A stretch of 64,000 nt of DNA from Ignavibacteria bacterium (GCA_013298775.1 JAAFIV010000010.1:69049-133048), one strand, 5' to 3'; positions 39,234 to 49,667 are shown, numbered from the stretch's first letter. Notes: generated by a model not told the origin, from the sequence alone. A program made the numbers and translations.

Positions 39234-39374
39234 GTTTGAACACAAGCTATTCTTGAAAACTCGGTAGTTATGCGGCTTTCAGGTTTTTGCCATCATAATT
39301 CATATTTCGGTCTTAATTTCAACGTGTGTGAATTCAATTCTTTCTTTTTCTACCACCATCACCAGGAGTGTGTA

Positions 39375-42300
39375 ATGAAACCTTCTTTACACCATTTCCA
39401 CAAGAGCTTGAAAATACAAGGGCTTCTGTGGATGATTTGTTTTATCGGTGTGTTCGCGGTTACTGCCTTTGCGCAGCCGAAAGCATACAAAATTTCGGGA
39501 ACGGTCTCTGACGCAAAGGGGACACTTGGCGCAATCACGGTGCGCATTGACAAAACGCCCTTTGGTGCGGTTACTGACCGTCAGGGCGCGTATTCGCTGA
39601 ATGCAAAACTTGAGCCTGGCAAATACACGGTTCTTGTGAGTGCCATCAATTACAAATCCTTCAAAAAAACACTGACGCTGGGCGACGAAACCGCGATTTT
39701 GCTTGATGTGAAGCTCTCGGAAGACGTTTCGCGCATGGATGAAGTCGTCGTAACGGGAACATCCGCCGCAAGCAGCCGCAAGACGCTTGGTAACTCGATT
39801 GGCGCGGTAAACGCAAAAGACGTGCAACTGACGGGCGCGAATGCTATTGATGCTGCTATGGCAGGCAAAATCGCAGGTGTACAGATTCAGCAAAATTCTG
39901 GTAATCCTGCTGGTGGCGTATCGGTGCGCCTTCGCGGTACAAACACCTTCTCGGGCAGCGCAGACCCGCTCTACATCGTGGACGGCGTGATTATCAACAA
40001 CGATTCCCGCGAAGTTTTGGATTTGGGCGGCTACGCGCAAAATCGCCTTGTGGATATTAACCCCAACGACATTGAGCGTATCGAAGTGTTGAAAGGCGCG
40101 GCTGCGGCTGCCATCTACGGCGCACGGGCGAATAACGGCGTTGTGCAAATTTTCACCAAGCGCGGTTCTGCTGGCGCACCGACGGTTACGTTCTCAACTC
40201 GCATCAATACTGATGATTTACGCCAAAAAATTGCATGGAATCAAGAACCCTTGCGTCGCTTGGTGCGTGCTGGCAGACCAGATTCCGTTGTGGCAGTGGA
40301 AGATAACGGAATGCCCGTGCAACGCTATGACTTGCAAGACCAGATTTTCCGCCGTGCCTGGGGCATTGACAACTACATTTCCGTTGCGGGCGGTTCGCAA
40401 GGTACGAAATACTTTTTGTCGGCAAATCAAACCGCTAATGAAGGAATCGTGCGGGGAAGCAGCTTCAGCCGTGCAGGTGCGCGTTTGCGCGTAGAGCAGG
40501 TTTTAAGCGATAACTTGACCGCAACGCTGGGCGCGAATTACACGAACAGTTTTGCACGGGAAGTTCCGAATGGTGGCTTAAACGAGCCATATGGTGCGCT
40601 CACGGGCTTTATTTTTGCACAAAATAACATCAACCCGCGCCCAAGAGACGGTGTGTATCCGCAGCTCAGTCCGCCAAATATCGTTACTCGCACAAACCCG
40701 CTCGAAGCCATTGACCGATTTGATTTCACCAATAACACCAGCCGCTTTATCGGTGATTTCCAACTGAATTACACGCCAGTTCAGGGCTTGAGCATCAATT
40801 ACACCTTAGGGTTTGATACCTATTCTCAAGTCGGTAGTGCGCTTATTCCGAGAAATACGACCACACCTAGTTATCCAGGCGGACTTGGGCGGCGCGGCTC
40901 CTACAATGTTGCGCAAGTGAATAACGACATCAATATCGTTTATGCGGCGGATATTGGCGAGAGCATCAAAACCACCACGCAACTTGGCGGCACGATGCAA
41001 TATGAACGCCGAGATTTGCTGCGTGTGCAATCCGAACAGCTTAGTCCTGTAACATCAGTTGCTTCGAGCGGGGCAATCGGGCAAAATCTGCTTGATAGCC
41101 GTGAAGAACTCGCACTCTACGGCGCGTTTGTGCAGGAAAGTATTGATATTAACGGGATGTTTTTCCTCACGGGTGCACTTCGCATGGATGCGTCGTCGGT
41201 GTTTGGTCCCGAAAATCGCTTCCAGTTTTTCCCCAAAGTGAGTGCTTCCGCGCTGCTTTCGGAGTTTTGGAAAGAAAGCGAATTAGCAAAAATTATCTCG
41301 GTAGCAAAATTGCGTGGCGCGTGGGGACAATCTGGCGGACTTACTGCTATCGGACCCTACACTCGCTTTACCAACTACGCACCAGTGAATTATTCAGGCA
41401 TTCCAGGCTTGATTGTACCAACACAACTCGGCTCTACCGCCGTGCGTCCTGAACGTCAGACGGAATTAGAAGTGGGCGCGGATTTGGCATTTTTGGAAGA
41501 CCGTATCGGCGTTGAGTTCAGCTATTATGATAAAGTTACAACCGATTTGTTGCTGAATCGCAGCGTTGCTCCGACTACGGGCTTTACGAATTTTCTCACG
41601 AACGTTGGGACGCTGACCAGTCGTGGAATTGAGCTATTGGTGCGGGCAGTACCTGTTCAAACCGAAGATTTTAAGTGGTCTATCACGGGCATTTACAACC
41701 AAAACCGCAGCGTTATCAACGGCGTAGAAGGCGGATTCTTGCAAATTGCTGATGGTTTTGGGCAAGTTGCCGTTGTGAATGGTCAGCAACTCGGCGTATT
41801 CCGTACCTTTTACGGTGCGCGGAAGCCTGACGGCACGTATTTACTCAACGCAGCAGGCTTTCCACAGCGCGAGCGTGGTACTATCAATGCAGATGGCACA
41901 GTAACTGTTGGTCGTGATGCTGCTGGTCAGCCGTCAGGAGTGCAGTTACAGAAAGTCGTTGGCGACCCAAACCCTGATTTTACCTTGTCCTTCATCAATG
42001 AGTTTACGCTGGGCAAATTGTCGTTGCGTGTTCAAGTGGATGGAATGTACGGTCAGGATGTGTTCAACTTTACACGCCGCGTTGGTGTGAGCCAGAACTA
42101 CGGCGGTTTGGCGGAGTATGGCGTAGAGTTGCGTGATAACTTCCCAACGCGCCGCGATGGTGGCTTGCCGCTTGGCTGGAATCAAGCATTGTTCGGACTC
42201 TTGGGCGATTTTGTGGAAGATGGTTCATTTACACGTTTACGTGAAGTTGCGGTGTCGTATGAAATCATTCCCGAAAACTTTATGAGCATTCGTTCGGCGC

Positions 42301-42461
42301 GACTCACCTTAGCTGGGCGCAATCTCTTTGTGCTTACACGGTATTCTGGCTGGGACCCTGAAGTAAATACGGGCGGTCAGCGTGCAGCAGTGCGTGGCTT
42401 TGATTTTGTTGAAGTACCGCTTCCACGCAGTTTCAGTTTTGGTTTGCAGCTTACGTTCTAA
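39375..42461 (+). CDS. SusC/RagA-family TonB-linked outer-membrane protein
   Basis: Signal peptide, CarbopepD-reg domain, 'NPNDIERIEVLKGAAAAAIYGARANNGVVQIFTKRG' plug motif, and a barrel ending '...SFGLQLTF'. Confidence 0.85.
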   Translation: MKPSLHHFHKSLKIQGLLWMICFIGVFAVTAFAQPKAYKISGTVSDAKGTLGAITVRIDKTPFGAVTDRQGAYSLNAKLEPGKYTVLVSAINYKSFKKTLTLGDETAILLDVKLSEDVSRMDEVVVTGTSAASSRKTLGNSIGAVNAKDVQLTGANAIDAAMAGKIAGVQIQQNSGNPAGGVSVRLRGTNTFSGSADPLYIVDGVIINNDSREVLDLGGYAQNRLVDINPNDIERIEVLKGAAAAAIYGARANNGVVQIFTKRGSAGAPTVTFSTRINTDDLRQKIAWNQEPLRRLVRAGRPDSVVAVEDNGMPVQRYDLQDQIFRRAWGIDNYISVAGGSQGTKYFLSANQTANEGIVRGSSFSRAGARLRVEQVLSDNLTATLGANYTNSFAREVPNGGLNEPYGALTGFIFAQNNINPRPRDGVYPQLSPPNIVTRTNPLEAIDRFDFTNNTSRFIGDFQLNYTPVQGLSINYTLGFDTYSQVGSALIPRNTTTPSYPGGLGRRGSYNVAQVNNDINIVYAADIGESIKTTTQLGGTMQYERRDLLRVQSEQLSPVTSVASSGAIGQNLLDSREELALYGAFVQESIDINGMFFLTGALRMDASSVFGPENRFQFFPKVSASALLSEFWKESELAKIISVAKLRGAWGQSGGLTAIGPYTRFTNYAPVNYSGIPGLIVPTQLGSTAVRPERQTELEVGADLAFLEDRIGVEFSYYDKVTTDLLLNRSVAPTTGFTNFLTNVGTLTSRGIELLVRAVPVQTEDFKWSITGIYNQNRSVINGVEGGFLQIADGFGQVAVVNGQQLGVFRTFYGARKPDGTYLLNAAGFPQRERGTINADGTVTVGRDAAGQPSGVQLQKVVGDPNPDFTLSFINEFTLGKLSLRVQVDGMYGQDVFNFTRRVGVSQNYGGLAEYGVELRDNFPTRRDGGLPLGWNQALFGLLGDFVEDGSFTRLREVAVSYEIIPENFMSIRSARLTLAGRNLFVLTRYSGWDPEVNTGGQRAAVRGFDFVEVPLPRSFSFGLQLTF

Positions 42462-42517
42462 CGGCATCCGTTCACGACATCCGTTCAATGATTACTCACT
42501 TCATTTATTTTTCAATT

Positions 42518-43885
42518 ATGAAATCTCTTCTTTCAATTCGTTCAGCAATGGCAACGGGAATCTGCGCGATAAGCCTGATACTCTCAAGTTGCTCGCTGGA
42601 CTATGCTAATCCCAACGCTGCAACGGAAGCCCAAGTACTCAGCACACGAGAAGGATTGCTGGGTTTGGCAATCGGAATGCAGCAGTTTTATGCCGCAAAT
42701 GGCACGGGTGTATTGGAATCGTACATCACCCGTAGTGGCGTAACGGCGCGGGAACTCGTCGTTACCACAACGTTTCAAAATCCCTTAGACTTGGAAGTAG
42801 GCGGTCCCGCATTTCCGACCGAGAACGGCGATATTCTTGCGATTTGGCAACGCTCGTACCGCGTTATCGGTATGGCAGATAATATCATCGCTAATGTTCC
42901 CAAATTGACCGATGTGCAGCTTCCACCGGCAGTACGCTCTGGTACTCTTGCGTTGGCTTCGCTGTACAAAGCAATGTGTTTGGGGCATTTGGTGATGTAT
43001 TTTGAGCAAGCACCCATTGCCGTTGGAACATTAGCTGCACCTGCGACATTCCGCAATCGGGCGGATGTTTTGGCGGAAGCACTTCGTTTGTTGGACGATG
43101 CGGCGCGGCAAATTGCGACAACACCGCCCAACCCAGAATTTACCAATACTGTTCTTGCTCGCGGAGTAAATCTTAGCACGACCATCCAAGCGATGCGAGC
43201 GCGATTTTTGCTCATGGCGGGACGCAATGCCGATGCGATTCAAGCGGCAACGGCTATTCCTCAAGCGGCAGCATCGGTATCAAATTTCACCTTCGATGCG
43301 CAGCAAAATCGCAATCCGATTTTCTTGTCCATCGTTCAAGCAGGCAGCAGTTACGCACCGCGTGATTTCTTCGGTGTGGCGGGTCTTGATACCAACGACC
43401 AACGCTTGCGATTCTTTATGAGTCCGAATGCTCGCGTGGGCAATGCGTCGCGCTTAGGTGCAGATAATTTAGTCGTACCGTTCTTTGCAACAGTGGATGC
43501 GTCAATTCCCGTCTTTCGTTTAGGAGAAATGCTCTTGATTCGCGCAGAAGCAAATGCACGGCTTGGGAATTTGGCAACCGCTATTGAGGATATTAACCGC
43601 ATTCGCACAAAAATTCGCACGGCAGACCCGCATGGAATCGGAGCTGCATTGCCCGCATATTCTGGTGCGATGACAGCAGAAGCGGTCTTAAACGAAATTT
43701 ACGCTCAACGCTGCGTGGAGTTGTACCTAACGGGTATGCGCATGGAAGATGCTCGCCGTTTTGGTCGTCCTGCACCGCCAACTGTGCCTGTTTTCACCTC
43801 AGAACGGAATCGGAATTTTTATCCGTATCCTTCGCTGGAACGAGATAACAACCGCACAAATACACCGCCAGACCCAGCACTGTAA
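42518..43885 (+). CDS. SusD/RagB-family lipoprotein
   Basis: Lipobox 'LSSCSLDY'. Helical TPR-like composition. Paired with the upstream SusC. Confidence 0.75.
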   Translation: MKSLLSIRSAMATGICAISLILSSCSLDYANPNAATEAQVLSTREGLLGLAIGMQQFYAANGTGVLESYITRSGVTARELVVTTTFQNPLDLEVGGPAFPTENGDILAIWQRSYRVIGMADNIIANVPKLTDVQLPPAVRSGTLALASLYKAMCLGHLVMYFEQAPIAVGTLAAPATFRNRADVLAEALRLLDDAARQIATTPPNPEFTNTVLARGVNLSTTIQAMRARFLLMAGRNADAIQAATAIPQAAASVSNFTFDAQQNRNPIFLSIVQAGSSYAPRDFFGVAGLDTNDQRLRFFMSPNARVGNASRLGADNLVVPFFATVDASIPVFRLGEMLLIRAEANARLGNLATAIEDINRIRTKIRTADPHGIGAALPAYSGAMTAEAVLNEIYAQRCVELYLTGMRMEDARRFGRPAPPTVPVFTSERNRNFYPYPSLERDNNRTNTPPDPAL

Positions 43886-43916
43886 TTTGTAAGCAAATTT
43901 GTAAGCAAATACGTTC

Positions 43917-43965
43917 AAAACCCGCATGAATGCTTTCTTTTGTAGCATTTATGCGGGTTTTCTGT
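43917..43965. terminator. rho-independent terminator preceded by tandem tttgtaagcaaat x2
   Basis: aaaacccgcatgaatgc ... gcatttatgcgggtttt. Confidence 0.7.
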
Positions 43966-44075
43966 TATTGGCAAGGATTAGCCTTTGCAAAACCACCGAC
44001 GAAGTGCTATTTTACGAGAGAAAACTTACGAAAGCAAGCAACACATTTTCCCACCAAAACACACACGGAAACCGC

Positions 44076-44789
44076 ATGGAGACGCTCCTTTCCGAAGACC
44101 AGTTTCCTGATGTCAGCACCCTTATCACAGAGGACGACGAGCCAGTGGATAACATCGTTTCTGAGAAGCAACAACGCCTTCTCACCGAAACGCTCAATGC
44201 CGCATGGAATGGCAATGGGCGACCCTTTTTTGTTGCCGCAAATGTCGGTGTGTTTTATGCCATTTACGAGCCAGCGATTGTGCCGGACGTGTTCCTCAGC
44301 ATGGACGTTCCGCCACGTGAGGAATGGACAAACAAAGACCGCAAAGCGTACTTTTGCTGGGAATTTGGCAAGCCGCCAGAATTAGCGATTGAAATTGTTT
44401 CCAATCGCAAAGGCGGCGAAATGGAGCGCAAAATGAAGGACTACGCCCGCGCTGGAGTCTGGTACTACGTCGTGTTCGACCCAGCAGGAGAACTCAAAAA
44501 GAGCATGGACGGCGAAAAAGTACGCTTCTACGAACTGCATCACGGCTCGTACACGCAGATGGGCGACTTTTGGCTAGAATCGCTTGGGCTAGGGCTGCGG
44601 CTCTGGGAAGGCGAATACGAAGGCTGGAACGCCACATGGCTGCGCTGGTGCGACGAGCGAGGGAATCTTCTGCCAACAGGGAAGGAATTAGCAGCGCAAG
44701 AAAAGGCACGTGCAGACGCAGCAGAGACAAAAATGGCGGCAATGGCAGAAAAACTCCGCGCACTCGGCTTCGACCCAGATGCAGCGTAA
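44076..44789 (+). CDS. Uma2-family (DUF820) PD-(D/E)XK endonuclease-like protein, with C-terminal coiled-coil extension
   Basis: 'EDDEPVDNIVSE ... PDVFLSMDV ... LAIEIVS' is the Uma2 layout. The ORF opens at 43926 but that region is occupied by a terminator, so the start is set at the ATG at 44076. Confidence 0.7.
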   Translation: METLLSEDQFPDVSTLITEDDEPVDNIVSEKQQRLLTETLNAAWNGNGRPFFVAANVGVFYAIYEPAIVPDVFLSMDVPPREEWTNKDRKAYFCWEFGKPPELAIEIVSNRKGGEMERKMKDYARAGVWYYVVFDPAGELKKSMDGEKVRFYELHHGSYTQMGDFWLESLGLGLRLWEGEYEGWNATWLRWCDERGNLLPTGKELAAQEKARADAAETKMAAMAEKLRALGFDPDAA

Positions 44790-44831
44790 AAATGCAACAA
44801 TGAATTCAACCATTTTCAAGGACGATGAACG

Positions 44832-45464
44832 ATGACTGAAACACTCACACTCCCGTATTCATCAGCTCTGGAGAGCGGTGCAAGAGCTATGACCGTTGCC
44901 GAGTTTCGCGCAATGGAGTTTGATGACGATGACCCATTTTACTACGAACTTATTGAAGGCGAAGTGGTGAGAAAGCTCACACCAAACCCTTTTCATCAGC
45001 GCGCTTCAGGTAATCTTTCCCGTGCCTTGCATGCGTGTGTTGTTGCTCAAAATTTAGGCGAAATATTTTACGCGCCAATAGATGTATTTTTGGATGAGCG
45101 CAATCTCTTTCAGCCAGACATACTGTATTTATCTAATGACCGCAAGAATTTGGTAACACTAGACGGCATCATGGGCGCACCAAATCTTGTTGTGGAGATT
45201 GTCAGCCCAAGCACAGTGAAGCGGGACAGAGGCGGGAAGATGAGTGTGTATGAGCGTTTTGGGGTGTTGGAATACTGGATTGTGGATATTCGCACACGCT
45301 CGGTGGAAGTCTATGTGAACACAAAAGAAGGGGACAGGTACGACTACTTCTTGCAGGAAGTCTATGTTGCCGATGAGCGTAATCCTGCAAGTCCTGTTGT
45401 GGTGCGGTCGTTGGTGTTGCCAATGCTGGAATTGCCGTTAGAATCGGTCTTTGAAGGTGTGTAA
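44832..45464 (+). CDS. Uma2-family (DUF820) endonuclease-like protein
   Basis: 'MTVAEFRAMEFDDDDPFYYELIEGEV ... QPDILYL ... NLVVEIVSPST' are canonical Uma2 motifs. Confidence 0.75.
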   Translation: MTETLTLPYSSALESGARAMTVAEFRAMEFDDDDPFYYELIEGEVVRKLTPNPFHQRASGNLSRALHACVVAQNLGEIFYAPIDVFLDERNLFQPDILYLSNDRKNLVTLDGIMGAPNLVVEIVSPSTVKRDRGGKMSVYERFGVLEYWIVDIRTRSVEVYVNTKEGDRYDYFLQEVYVADERNPASPVVVRSLVLPMLELPLESVFEGV

Positions 45465-45494
45465 ATTTATCCGAAATCTTATGGAATCTCCACT

Positions 45495-46856
45495 ATGCAA
45501 TTTGCACATCAACAGCAAGGAAACAAGCCAAAACGCGCCTTGCAAACCCTCCTTCAGCCAATAGAGCGATTTATCCACAACGAAACCTCAAGCGGTTTAC
45601 TCTTGCTTGCGTGTAGCGTCGTTGCTCTTGTTTGGGCAAATTCTGCTGGATGGGAACATTACCTGCATTTCTGGGAAACGCCCATTTCCTTCGGTCTTGG
45701 AAATTCAACGCTTTCAAAGCCGCTTCATCACTGGATAAACGATGGTTTGATGGTGATTTTCTTTTTCGTGGTCGGCTTGGAAATCAAAAGGGAATTGCTC
45801 GTTGGGGAATTATCCAGCATGAAAAAGGCGGCATTGCCCGTCATTGCTGCTCTGGGCGGGATGATTGTCCCTGCGAGTATGTATGCGGCTTTCAACGCAG
45901 GTGGGCGCGGCGCAGCAGGTTGGGGAATCCCGATGGCAACAGATATTGCTTTCGCGCTTGGCGTGGTCGCGCTTATGGGCAGCCGCGTACCATTTGTTCT
46001 GAAAGTGTTTTTGACCGCGCTTGCCATTGCCGATGACCTTGGTGCGGTGCTGGTGATTGCGCTTTTTTACACAAGTTCAATCAATCTATCAATGCTGGGA
46101 GCGGCGGCGGTATTAACCATAGTTGCCTTTATTGGCAATAGCTTAGGCATTCGCGGAATTTGGTTTTACCTTGTTATTGGCGTACTGTTGTGGTGGTGCG
46201 TGATGCAGTCTGGCATTCACGCTACGATTGCGGGCGTGGTCTTGGCAATGGCAGTACCAGCCAAAGAGCGCATCAATGCGGAGGAATTTGTCCACGAAGC
46301 GGAAGACTTGGTACGAAACTTTGCCTACGAAACCCGCGAAAAAACAAGCGTTCTGGCGAATCAAGCGGCGCAAAGTGCGGTAAAACAGCTTGAAGTGGCA
46401 TGCGAAGAGGTGCAAACGCCGCTTTCGCGCTTTGAGACGAATCTCCATACGAGCGTTGCATTTGTCATTATGCCGCTTTTCGCGCTTGCCAATGCGGGCG
46501 TTCACGTGGCGGGCGAGGGTGCTGGCGCGGCATTTTTGAGCGCAACGTCGCTTGGCATTGCATTCGGGTTATTTGTCGGGAAACCGCTTGGTATCGTTCT
46601 TTTTACGTGGCTCGCCTGTAAACTCAACTTTGCAGCACTGCCAGAGAATGTCTCATGGCGAGAACTTATTGCGATTTCCTGTTTGGGCGGAATTGGTTTT
46701 ACGATGTCGCTCTTTGTGGAAAATCTTGCCTTTGCAAATAATCCTGCACTTGAGACAAGCGCGAAGCTCGGAATTTTTTGCGGTTCAATTATATCTGGAT
46801 TCTTAGGATTCGCACTGTTCAGAATTCGTTCAGCCTCGCCTCAAAATTCACCGTAA
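45495..46856 (+). CDS. nhaA: Na+/H+ antiporter NhaA
   Basis: The 'MVIFFFVVGLEIKRELLVGELSS' and 'ALAIADDLGAVLVIALFYT' motifs are diagnostic of NhaA. Confidence 0.9.
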   Translation: MQFAHQQQGNKPKRALQTLLQPIERFIHNETSSGLLLLACSVVALVWANSAGWEHYLHFWETPISFGLGNSTLSKPLHHWINDGLMVIFFFVVGLEIKRELLVGELSSMKKAALPVIAALGGMIVPASMYAAFNAGGRGAAGWGIPMATDIAFALGVVALMGSRVPFVLKVFLTALAIADDLGAVLVIALFYTSSINLSMLGAAAVLTIVAFIGNSLGIRGIWFYLVIGVLLWWCVMQSGIHATIAGVVLAMAVPAKERINAEEFVHEAEDLVRNFAYETREKTSVLANQAAQSAVKQLEVACEEVQTPLSRFETNLHTSVAFVIMPLFALANAGVHVAGEGAGAAFLSATSLGIAFGLFVGKPLGIVLFTWLACKLNFAALPENVSWRELIAISCLGGIGFTMSLFVENLAFANNPALETSAKLGIFCGSIISGFLGFALFRIRSASPQNSP

Positions 46857-47012
46857 AACATTGAAAAGAATGAAGATTATGTAAAGTGATGCGCATACAA
46901 CGAAAAATTATTCAAAAATTTCACAGAAAAAATTTGGAAAACAATAATCTTCCCCGTATTTTTGAAGTCTTGTTTAGATATGCTTAACAGCATCGCAGTA
47001 ACAAATGCACTT

Positions 47013-47096
47013 GCAGAAGTGGCGGAATGGCAGACGCGCTGGACTCAAAATCCTGTGGGCTCTAAACCCGTGTGGGTTCGACTCCCACCTTCTGTA
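47013..47096 (+). tRNA. tRNA-Leu (anticodon CAA), class II with long variable arm
   Basis: Acceptor GCAGAAG/CTTCTGT, anticodon loop CTCAAAA, T-arm GTGGG-TTCGACT-CCCAC, and a 16-nt variable arm. There is one U.U mismatch in the anticodon stem. No encoded CCA. Confidence 0.8.
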
Positions 47097-47104
47097 CAGT
47101 AAAT

Positions 47105-47146
47105 AAAAACAGCTCATAACTCTACACGTTATGAGCTGTTTTTATT
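47105..47146. terminator. rho-independent terminator after tRNA-Leu
   Basis: aaaaacagctcataac ... gttatgagctgttttt. Confidence 0.75.
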
Positions 47147-47190
47147 TTGCACCCTTCACATTTCTACCTACTTCTTCAAGACAAGCCCAA

Positions 47191-47679
47191 ATGAAGCACC
47201 CTCTCCCAATCCTTCTGCTTATTGCGTTCATAGCATCTCATCAATTGCATCCAAGCTCCTCTGCATCTTTCCAGCAAAAACCGAAGTATAAAACCGTGAT
47301 ATTTGTTTGCGAGCATGGTGTCGCAAAAAGCATCATTGCCGCTTCATATTTCAACAAGATAGCCAAAGAACAAAAACTCCCCTTTCGCGCCATTGCACGA
47401 AGCACCGCGCCTCAAGATTCACTCATGCAAAGCGTAATTGAAGGCTTGCGCCGCGACAACCTCCCACCACCCACACACGTAGCACCCAAACTCACTCAAA
47501 CTGAGTTCGACGTAGCAAAAAGAGCGGTCTTTTTCTGCCCGTTACCCACTTCGTATTTTTCACGGTCATCAACGCGAGAATGGAACGACATTCCACCTGT
47601 AAGCCAGCAATATCAAGCTGCGCGGGATAGCATTGTGGTGAAAATTCGTATATTGTTGGATGAGTTAGCACGCGAATAG
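47191..47679 (+). CDS. secreted low-molecular-weight phosphatase/ArsC-like (LMWPc) fold protein with Arg-to-Lys in P-loop
   Basis: 'VIFVCEHGVAKSIIAASYF' aligns to the C-X5-R-S P-loop of LMW-PTP/ArsC, but it carries Lys in place of the catalytic Arg. An N-terminal signal-peptide-like segment is present. Confidence 0.4.
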   Translation: MKHPLPILLLIAFIASHQLHPSSSASFQQKPKYKTVIFVCEHGVAKSIIAASYFNKIAKEQKLPFRAIARSTAPQDSLMQSVIEGLRRDNLPPPTHVAPKLTQTEFDVAKRAVFFCPLPTSYFSRSSTREWNDIPPVSQQYQAARDSIVVKIRILLDELARE

Positions 47680-47880
47680 CGTATTATTTTATTGCGATGC
47701 CCATCTGCTTTTGATTGCAGAAAAAGATAGCGAAACGAAACGCTGCGGAAGCGACCGATACTCCCGAAGCCGCACCAGTGCTAAAAGAACTTGCGCTGTA
47801 AGAATGGCGTTTGCAAAGAGCGCAGACAACCCCTATTTGCGCCATGTACTAAAACTCTCAAGAGATTGAGCTTTAAAAAC

Positions 47881-47930
47881 AACAAACGGAACGCGTCCAC
47901 CCCCCGATAGAACAAGTTCCGTTTGTTGCA
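47881..47930. terminator. hairpin between convergent genes (12-bp stem, long loop)
   Basis: aacaaacggaac ... gttccgtttgtt. Confidence 0.5.
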
Positions 47931-47974
47931 ATTTCTAGGTCTATTTCACCGACGATTTCTACTTTACAATAATG

Positions 47975-49453
47975 CTAATTCTGTGCCAAATTCTCCGCTC
48001 CATCCGAAGCCCCACCTATTTCGCTGCCTTGCCCCTGCGCCCAATTCTGCGGCAAATGAATTGGCTCAAAATGCGATGGTGCTTGTGGTTGGTGTACGTG
48101 GAGCGTTGCCTGTTGTTGAGCGGTTAGTGTTTGCAATTCAACAAATTCAACACGTGAGATTGCTCCTCGCTGAAAAGAGGTACGTGCGTTTGCCCAAGCC
48201 GCCTCGCGCTGGGTTTCCGCGCCTACCCCAGACGACGACGCTGACGAAAAGCGGCGCGTTTGCATGATAAGTGCAATTCTTGCCCGCATCGCATCGGCAT
48301 TTGTGCGAAGGTCTTCAAGCCGCGTATTGCCGATAACTCCTGCATTTGCGCTACTTGCGCTTGATTCTGCTTCGGCACCATTACCTTCATCCTCGTTGTC
48401 CATATCTGCCGCAAAGAACATTCCTTTCTCTTCGCTTTGCTCTTCACTTTTCCCTTCACTACTTCCGAGTGAGTTTTTATCTCGAATATGCTTCGCATCC
48501 AATTCCAAACGCGCTTTTGCAGCCGTGAGCGATACGCTCGCAAGCGAGGTTTGACGGCGCATTCGGGCATCCGCTTTTTCGTCGTGCAGAAGCGTTTCGC
48601 TCATTGTTTCAAACCCTTGCTCTAAGGCGTGCTGAAGCTCGCGTTGCATCGGCACAATCGCCGCAAGACTGATAACGCGCATACTTGCGTTGTTTTGCTG
48701 CATTTCTTCTTCTCGGCGAAGCACTTCATTCTTTTCTACCGCCAAACGCGCTATGTCATTCAGTGTATGAGACTTTGTACGATTCACCTGAGAAACACTT
48801 GCCGTATGCGTTTCTACTGGATTTACCGCACTCACCTCTGTAAACGGCGTACCACGCATATCCTCTGGTGTCGAGACGATAACCTTTGCCAAGAGCGATT
48901 TCCAAAAGCCCTGTTTTTCTGCGCCCCGTTCTTCTGCGCTCGCGCCAGCTTTGTGCAATTCACCCATCCCTACATTCCCTTTTGGTGCGTGCATCTTTCC
49001 CGACTGTAACGCACCCTCGCCCAAACTAAACATAAACCATGCAAGAACACCCGCCAGAGCAACAGCGAAGCCTTTACGAGCGTTATTCCGCACAAAAGCC
49101 CGCGACTGCTCGGCAAAGGAAACATGCGTCGCAAATGCCTGTTCATTAGCAATTTGCCGCAGAGCGTGTGTGCGGAAATGCGTGCGCAAATCCTCGCGTT
49201 CTGGAAAATGCTTCGCAAAGGATTCCGAAAGGACGCTTGCTGGAATGCCGAGAAATGTCGCATATTCTGGCAAAAACGTGTTCATATACGAGTTTGGAAA
49301 CCGCTCATATTGGTCGGTTTCCATAGCGTGCAAAGCGGATTCACGAATTTTGCAAACGAGCTTCACGTCCGAGAGCGAGAGTTTACGCTCTTCGCGAGCG
49401 AGACGGAGCAACGTGCCGGGAGTGTACATAGCGGAATAGGATGTGGTTTGCAT
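47975..49453 (-). CDS. RodZ-like protein: N-terminal XRE-type HTH, single TM, acidic/Ser-rich low-complexity C-terminal region
   Basis: 'LLRLAREERKLSLSDVKLVCKIRESALHAMETDQYERFP...NTFLPEYATFLGI' resembles the RodZ HTH_25 domain. The TM segment is 'FAVALAGVLAWFMF'. The ORF extends to 49603; the first ATG is at 49453. Confidence 0.55.
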   Translation of the reverse strand: MQTTSYSAMYTPGTLLRLAREERKLSLSDVKLVCKIRESALHAMETDQYERFPNSYMNTFLPEYATFLGIPASVLSESFAKHFPEREDLRTHFRTHALRQIANEQAFATHVSFAEQSRAFVRNNARKGFAVALAGVLAWFMFSLGEGALQSGKMHAPKGNVGMGELHKAGASAEERGAEKQGFWKSLLAKVIVSTPEDMRGTPFTEVSAVNPVETHTASVSQVNRTKSHTLNDIARLAVEKNEVLRREEEMQQNNASMRVISLAAIVPMQRELQHALEQGFETMSETLLHDEKADARMRRQTSLASVSLTAAKARLELDAKHIRDKNSLGSSEGKSEEQSEEKGMFFAADMDNEDEGNGAEAESSASSANAGVIGNTRLEDLRTNADAMRARIALIMQTRRFSSASSSGVGAETQREAAWANARTSFQRGAISRVEFVELQTLTAQQQATLHVHQPQAPSHFEPIHLPQNWAQGQGSEIGGASDGAENLAQN

Positions 49454-49667
49454 GGCGTTATTCCTTGTGTTCTGAGATTGTATATCGTGTTGTTTCGGTA
49501 TTGATAGCACTGTAAAAACAATGCTTGTGTATGTCCAAAGATAGTGCAATTTTTGTACCAAAATCAAACGAAAAATAGCCCGCAAACCCGCATAAAACCT
49601 CAATTTCCCAAGAATTTACTTTCACCAATTTCACTCAATAATTTGAGTTTTAATACGCTTACCCGCA

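Noticed and set aside
43926-44075. 50-codon upstream extension of the first Uma2 ORF
   Set aside because: It overlaps the SusD terminator hairpin and tandem tttgtaagcaaat repeats. The Uma2 homology begins near the Met at 44076.
47013-47096. Considered tRNA on the opposite strand
   Set aside because: The GTTCGA T-loop and GG-containing D-loop are correct only on the plus strand. The anticodon loop there has U33/A37.
47923-48267. 114-aa plus-strand ORF
   Set aside because: It overlaps the RodZ-like gene's low-complexity C-terminal coding region on the opposite strand and has no domain.
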